A stretch of 64,000 nucleotides of DNA from an uncultured delta proteobacterium (GTDB lineage Bacteria; Desulfobacterota; Binatia; Binatales; Binataceae), in assembly GCA_963711565.1 (NCBI GenBank), contig CAVQEQ010000003.1, positions 1,408,001 through 1,472,000 of the forward strand. The letters run 5' to 3'. Below are positions 61,299 through 64,000 of the stretch, in pieces; the stretch's first letter is position 1; every line of letters begins with the position of its first letter. The translations under genes and the position numbers were made by a program. Below the pieces are notes generated by a model. That model did not search any database. It was not told the DNA's origin and was given only the letters and a program-made list of their open reading frames with translations.

Positions 61299-62955
61299 CG
61301 CCGCGCGGTCCACGGGCCGGATAAGACTGCCGCTCATCCTGGCGGCCGCCGCGATTGCGTGGTTCGCGCGCCCCGCTTTCGCTTCGACCTACGCGGCGTA
61401 CATCCCGCTCGACAGCTCGATCTATGACGAGCTCGACACGCTCGACGACTTGGGATTGGCCGACAGCTACATTTCGGAAATCCAGCCGATCAGCCGCGTC
61501 GAGGCCGCGCGCATCACGGTCGAAGCGGAATCGAAGCTGTCCGAAATGCAGAATCAGAATGAACTCGCGCGCAGCGTCATCAACGAGCTGCGGCTCCAGT
61601 TGCCCGAAGAAGTGCAATGGATCGAGCAGGACGGCGAAGACAACCTGCCCACGATGTTCCATCCTGTCGATCGCGTCGAAGGCGAGTACGTTTTTTCTCA
61701 AGGCAAGCGCGAGCAGCTGGAAACCGGATCGAAGGGAATCGACTACCAGGAAGGAACCCCGCTGCTGCCGAACAACGACGACCTCGCCACCGACCAGGGC
61801 AGCAATGAAATCCTGCGATGGTCCGGATGGGGCGGATTCGGCGGATTCGTCACCGGCTATGGTGAAGGCGCGCTCTCCGGCCCGTTAACCGACAGTCCGA
61901 GCCAGGCAAGCCGCGCGCAACTTTTGACCGGCGCGGTCGTGGTCAGTCTCGGCAACACCGCGATCTCTTTCGGGCAGGAGGAGATGTCGTGGGGCGTCTC
62001 GCATTACAACCAGCTCTCGCAGTCTAACAACGCGCAGCCTTTCCCAGCCTTACGCATCCAGAATATCCACCCGGGCCATCTGCCCGGCGTCCTGCGTTAC
62101 CTCGGGCTGTATCGCTACCAGGCTTTTCTCGGGCAGCTCAACGCGGGACGAACATACTCGAAGCCGTGGATCTCCGGCCAGGTGATCACGTTCAGGACGC
62201 TGCCGCACCTCGAGTGGGGCATCGATCACACGATCATGTTCGGCGGCAGTGGCAACGACAACTACAGTCCGCTGGGATTCGTTGGCAGGATGACCGGCTT
62301 GGACACGGGCAACGCGAATCAGGCCAACACCAACACGCGCTTCGGCCTGTTCGCCAAGACTTACATTTCGCGGCTCCGCAACACGCAGTTGTACGGCGAG
62401 GTTCTGGCCGAGGACTTTTTCCAGTTGGGCGGCAACACCGGGATCAAGCTGCCGTTCAAGGGACCGTCGTACACCGCCGGAATCTACGTGCCGCAGATCA
62501 CTCTCGATGGGCGCACCACTGCGCGATTCGAATACGCACTCACCGACAAAGAGTATTCGGTGCACAGCGATTCGCTTTATTGGACCTACAACAACGCGCT
62601 GATGGGCAGTTCGCTCGGACCTGGTGCGTGGCAGGTCAATTTCGAGATCGATCGATGGCTCAATCTGCAGTCGCGCGTGGGCGTGGACACCTTCTACAGT
62701 CGTCGTCAGGCAATCATTTTGCCAACCTTCCAGCCGGCCCTGCGTAACACCGAGACCGGCTATGGTGTCGCCCTGGACTTACTGCGCCTGCCGCTTGAAA
62801 TCGAGCCGCTGGCAAATTCGCTCGGCGAGATGAAGGCGCGCGCGGGCATGGAATACGTCACCGATATCAACTACACCAACGACAACTCTTTCCGCGCCCT
62901 GGTCCAACTCAGTTTCGCGTTCTCGCCCTCATGGGGCGGCCTCGTCTGGCATTAG
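61285..62955 (+). CDS. wzi: Capsule assembly Wzi-family outer-membrane protein
   Basis: N-terminal helical PISRVEAAR, FGQEEMSWG..SNNA.P, LYGEVLAED, C-terminal beta strands; operon context. Confidence 0.75.
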   Translation: MAHANAARSTGRIRLPLILAAAAIAWFARPAFASTYAAYIPLDSSIYDELDTLDDLGLADSYISEIQPISRVEAARITVEAESKLSEMQNQNELARSVINELRLQLPEEVQWIEQDGEDNLPTMFHPVDRVEGEYVFSQGKREQLETGSKGIDYQEGTPLLPNNDDLATDQGSNEILRWSGWGGFGGFVTGYGEGALSGPLTDSPSQASRAQLLTGAVVVSLGNTAISFGQEEMSWGVSHYNQLSQSNNAQPFPALRIQNIHPGHLPGVLRYLGLYRYQAFLGQLNAGRTYSKPWISGQVITFRTLPHLEWGIDHTIMFGGSGNDNYSPLGFVGRMTGLDTGNANQANTNTRFGLFAKTYISRLRNTQLYGEVLAEDFFQLGGNTGIKLPFKGPSYTAGIYVPQITLDGRTTARFEYALTDKEYSVHSDSLYWTYNNALMGSSLGPGAWQVNFEIDRWLNLQSRVGVDTFYSRRQAIILPTFQPALRNTETGYGVALDLLRLPLEIEPLANSLGEMKARAGMEYVTDINYTNDNSFRALVQLSFAFSPSWGGLVWH

Positions 62956-62982
62956 ACGGAAACGTCAGTCTTCGGCAATTCG

Positions 62983-64000
62983 ATGGATCCCTCAGGCAGC
63001 AACGGACATTCGACTCCGTCGGCGGGCGTCAACGCTGCCGCCGCCGGCGCGCGCGATCATCTCACTGAAGCGCAGCGCGCAACGCTGCAGCTGCTCTACT
63101 ATATCGATCTGCTGCGCTCGCGATGGCTCCTGATCGCGTCCCTCACGATCGGGATCGGCCTGGGCTACGGTCTGTACACGAAATTCCTGACGGTGAAATG
63201 GTATCGTGCGCAGGCCATCGTCACGCCGGTGTCACCCGAAGAGGGCCTTTCGATGGGCACGGGCGGCCCCAGCGACATGGTTGACGGATTGGGCGGAGGA
63301 ATCGCGTCGATCCTTGAAGGCGGCGGCGCCGACACGGTAACGCTTGCCCAGCGCTACACGGCGATCATGAACAGCTACGCCTTCACGACCGGTCTCGTCG
63401 AAAAATATCATCTCGAGCACAACATCATCGGCGTCCGCAGCCCGAAGGCGCCGACTGTGACGAAGTGGTCGGTGCACACGATGATCGCGGATCGGTTCAG
63501 CACCGAATACGACTACAAGAGCGGCAACCTTACCCTGTATTTTCTGGATCCCTCGCCGGCCGAGGCGCAGCGCGTGCTCGGATATTACCTCGACAGCCTG
63601 CGCGACAAGCTGCGTAACGAGGAAGTGGAAGCGGGCGCCAGCGCGGCTGCGTCGCTCGAAGAGGAGGTCCGCAAAAGTTCCGACGCACTGCTGCAGACTC
63701 AGCTCTACGAGCTGATGGCGCGGCAGATTCAGCGCGAGAAAATCGCGGAGGTGCAATCCGACTTTGCCTTCAAGGTCGTCGAGCCTCCGGTGGTGCCCGA
63801 CAATTATTTCGCACCCAAAGCGCGGCACAACGCGACGATCGCCGCCTCGATCACCTTCGTCCTCGTGTGCACGTGGATTCTCGCGACGGATTTCATTCGC
63901 CGCGCCAAAGCCCAGTTTGCAGCCATGAATCCGGCGCCGGCCGAGCCGGCGGCTGACGATTCGTCGTCGCCACACCCCGACGAAGGCGAGGAAATCCATC
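62983..64000 (+). CDS. Wzz/polysaccharide co-polymerase family protein (3' truncated; absent from the ORF track)
   Basis: ATG 62983; YIDLLRSRWLLI + TM, WYRAQAIVTP, FAFKVVEPPVVP..PK + second TM; frame runs to the window end. Confidence 0.85.
   Translation, partial: MDPSGSNGHSTPSAGVNAAAAGARDHLTEAQRATLQLLYYIDLLRSRWLLIASLTIGIGLGYGLYTKFLTVKWYRAQAIVTPVSPEEGLSMGTGGPSDMVDGLGGGIASILEGGGADTVTLAQRYTAIMNSYAFTTGLVEKYHLEHNIIGVRSPKAPTVTKWSVHTMIADRFSTEYDYKSGNLTLYFLDPSPAEAQRVLGYYLDSLRDKLRNEEVEAGASAAASLEEEVRKSSDALLQTQLYELMARQIQREKIAEVQSDFAFKVVEPPVVPDNYFAPKARHNATIAASITFVLVCTWILATDFIRRAKAQFAAMNPAPAEPAADDSSSPHPDEGEEIH

Overview
GC-rich bacterial chromosome segment with about 50 genes. I found no rRNA, tRNA, CRISPR array or transposase. 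The gene style (Thr/Pro-tailed secreted proteins with choice-of-anchor-D domains, several LLM/thiolase genes, DUF1302) suggests a Candidatus Binatus-like organism, which is inference only. Contents in order: ispD, selB, a NitT/TauT-type ABC transporter, flavin oxidoreductases, a UGA-recoded TlpA/ResA-like selenoprotein, addAB, crotonase/GNAT/thiolase-DUF35, msrB, vapBC, an Rrf2-led sulfate uptake operon (yezD/oscA-like, beta-helix gene, porin, sbp, cysTWA), an S9 peptidase, KirBac, a desaturase, a secreted sedolisin cassette, cfa, fur/perR-katG, a DUF1302 barrel, a NusG paralog and the start of a polysaccharide export operon (SLBB, SLT, wzi, wzz). Most notable: (1) an in-frame UGA (SWASW-U-GC) with a SECIS-like hairpin that joins two predicted ORFs; (2) a 63-nt palindromic element inserted in frame in selB; (3) a duplicated ~120-bp leader in the sulfate operon, with both copies encoding NRELTGHPEV; (4) an S53 protease with an unusual hydrophobic Cys-bearing insert, followed by two paralogous 6-Cys proteins; (5) a structured leader with an ops-like site near the NusG paralog. 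Three single-base insertions look like assembly errors.
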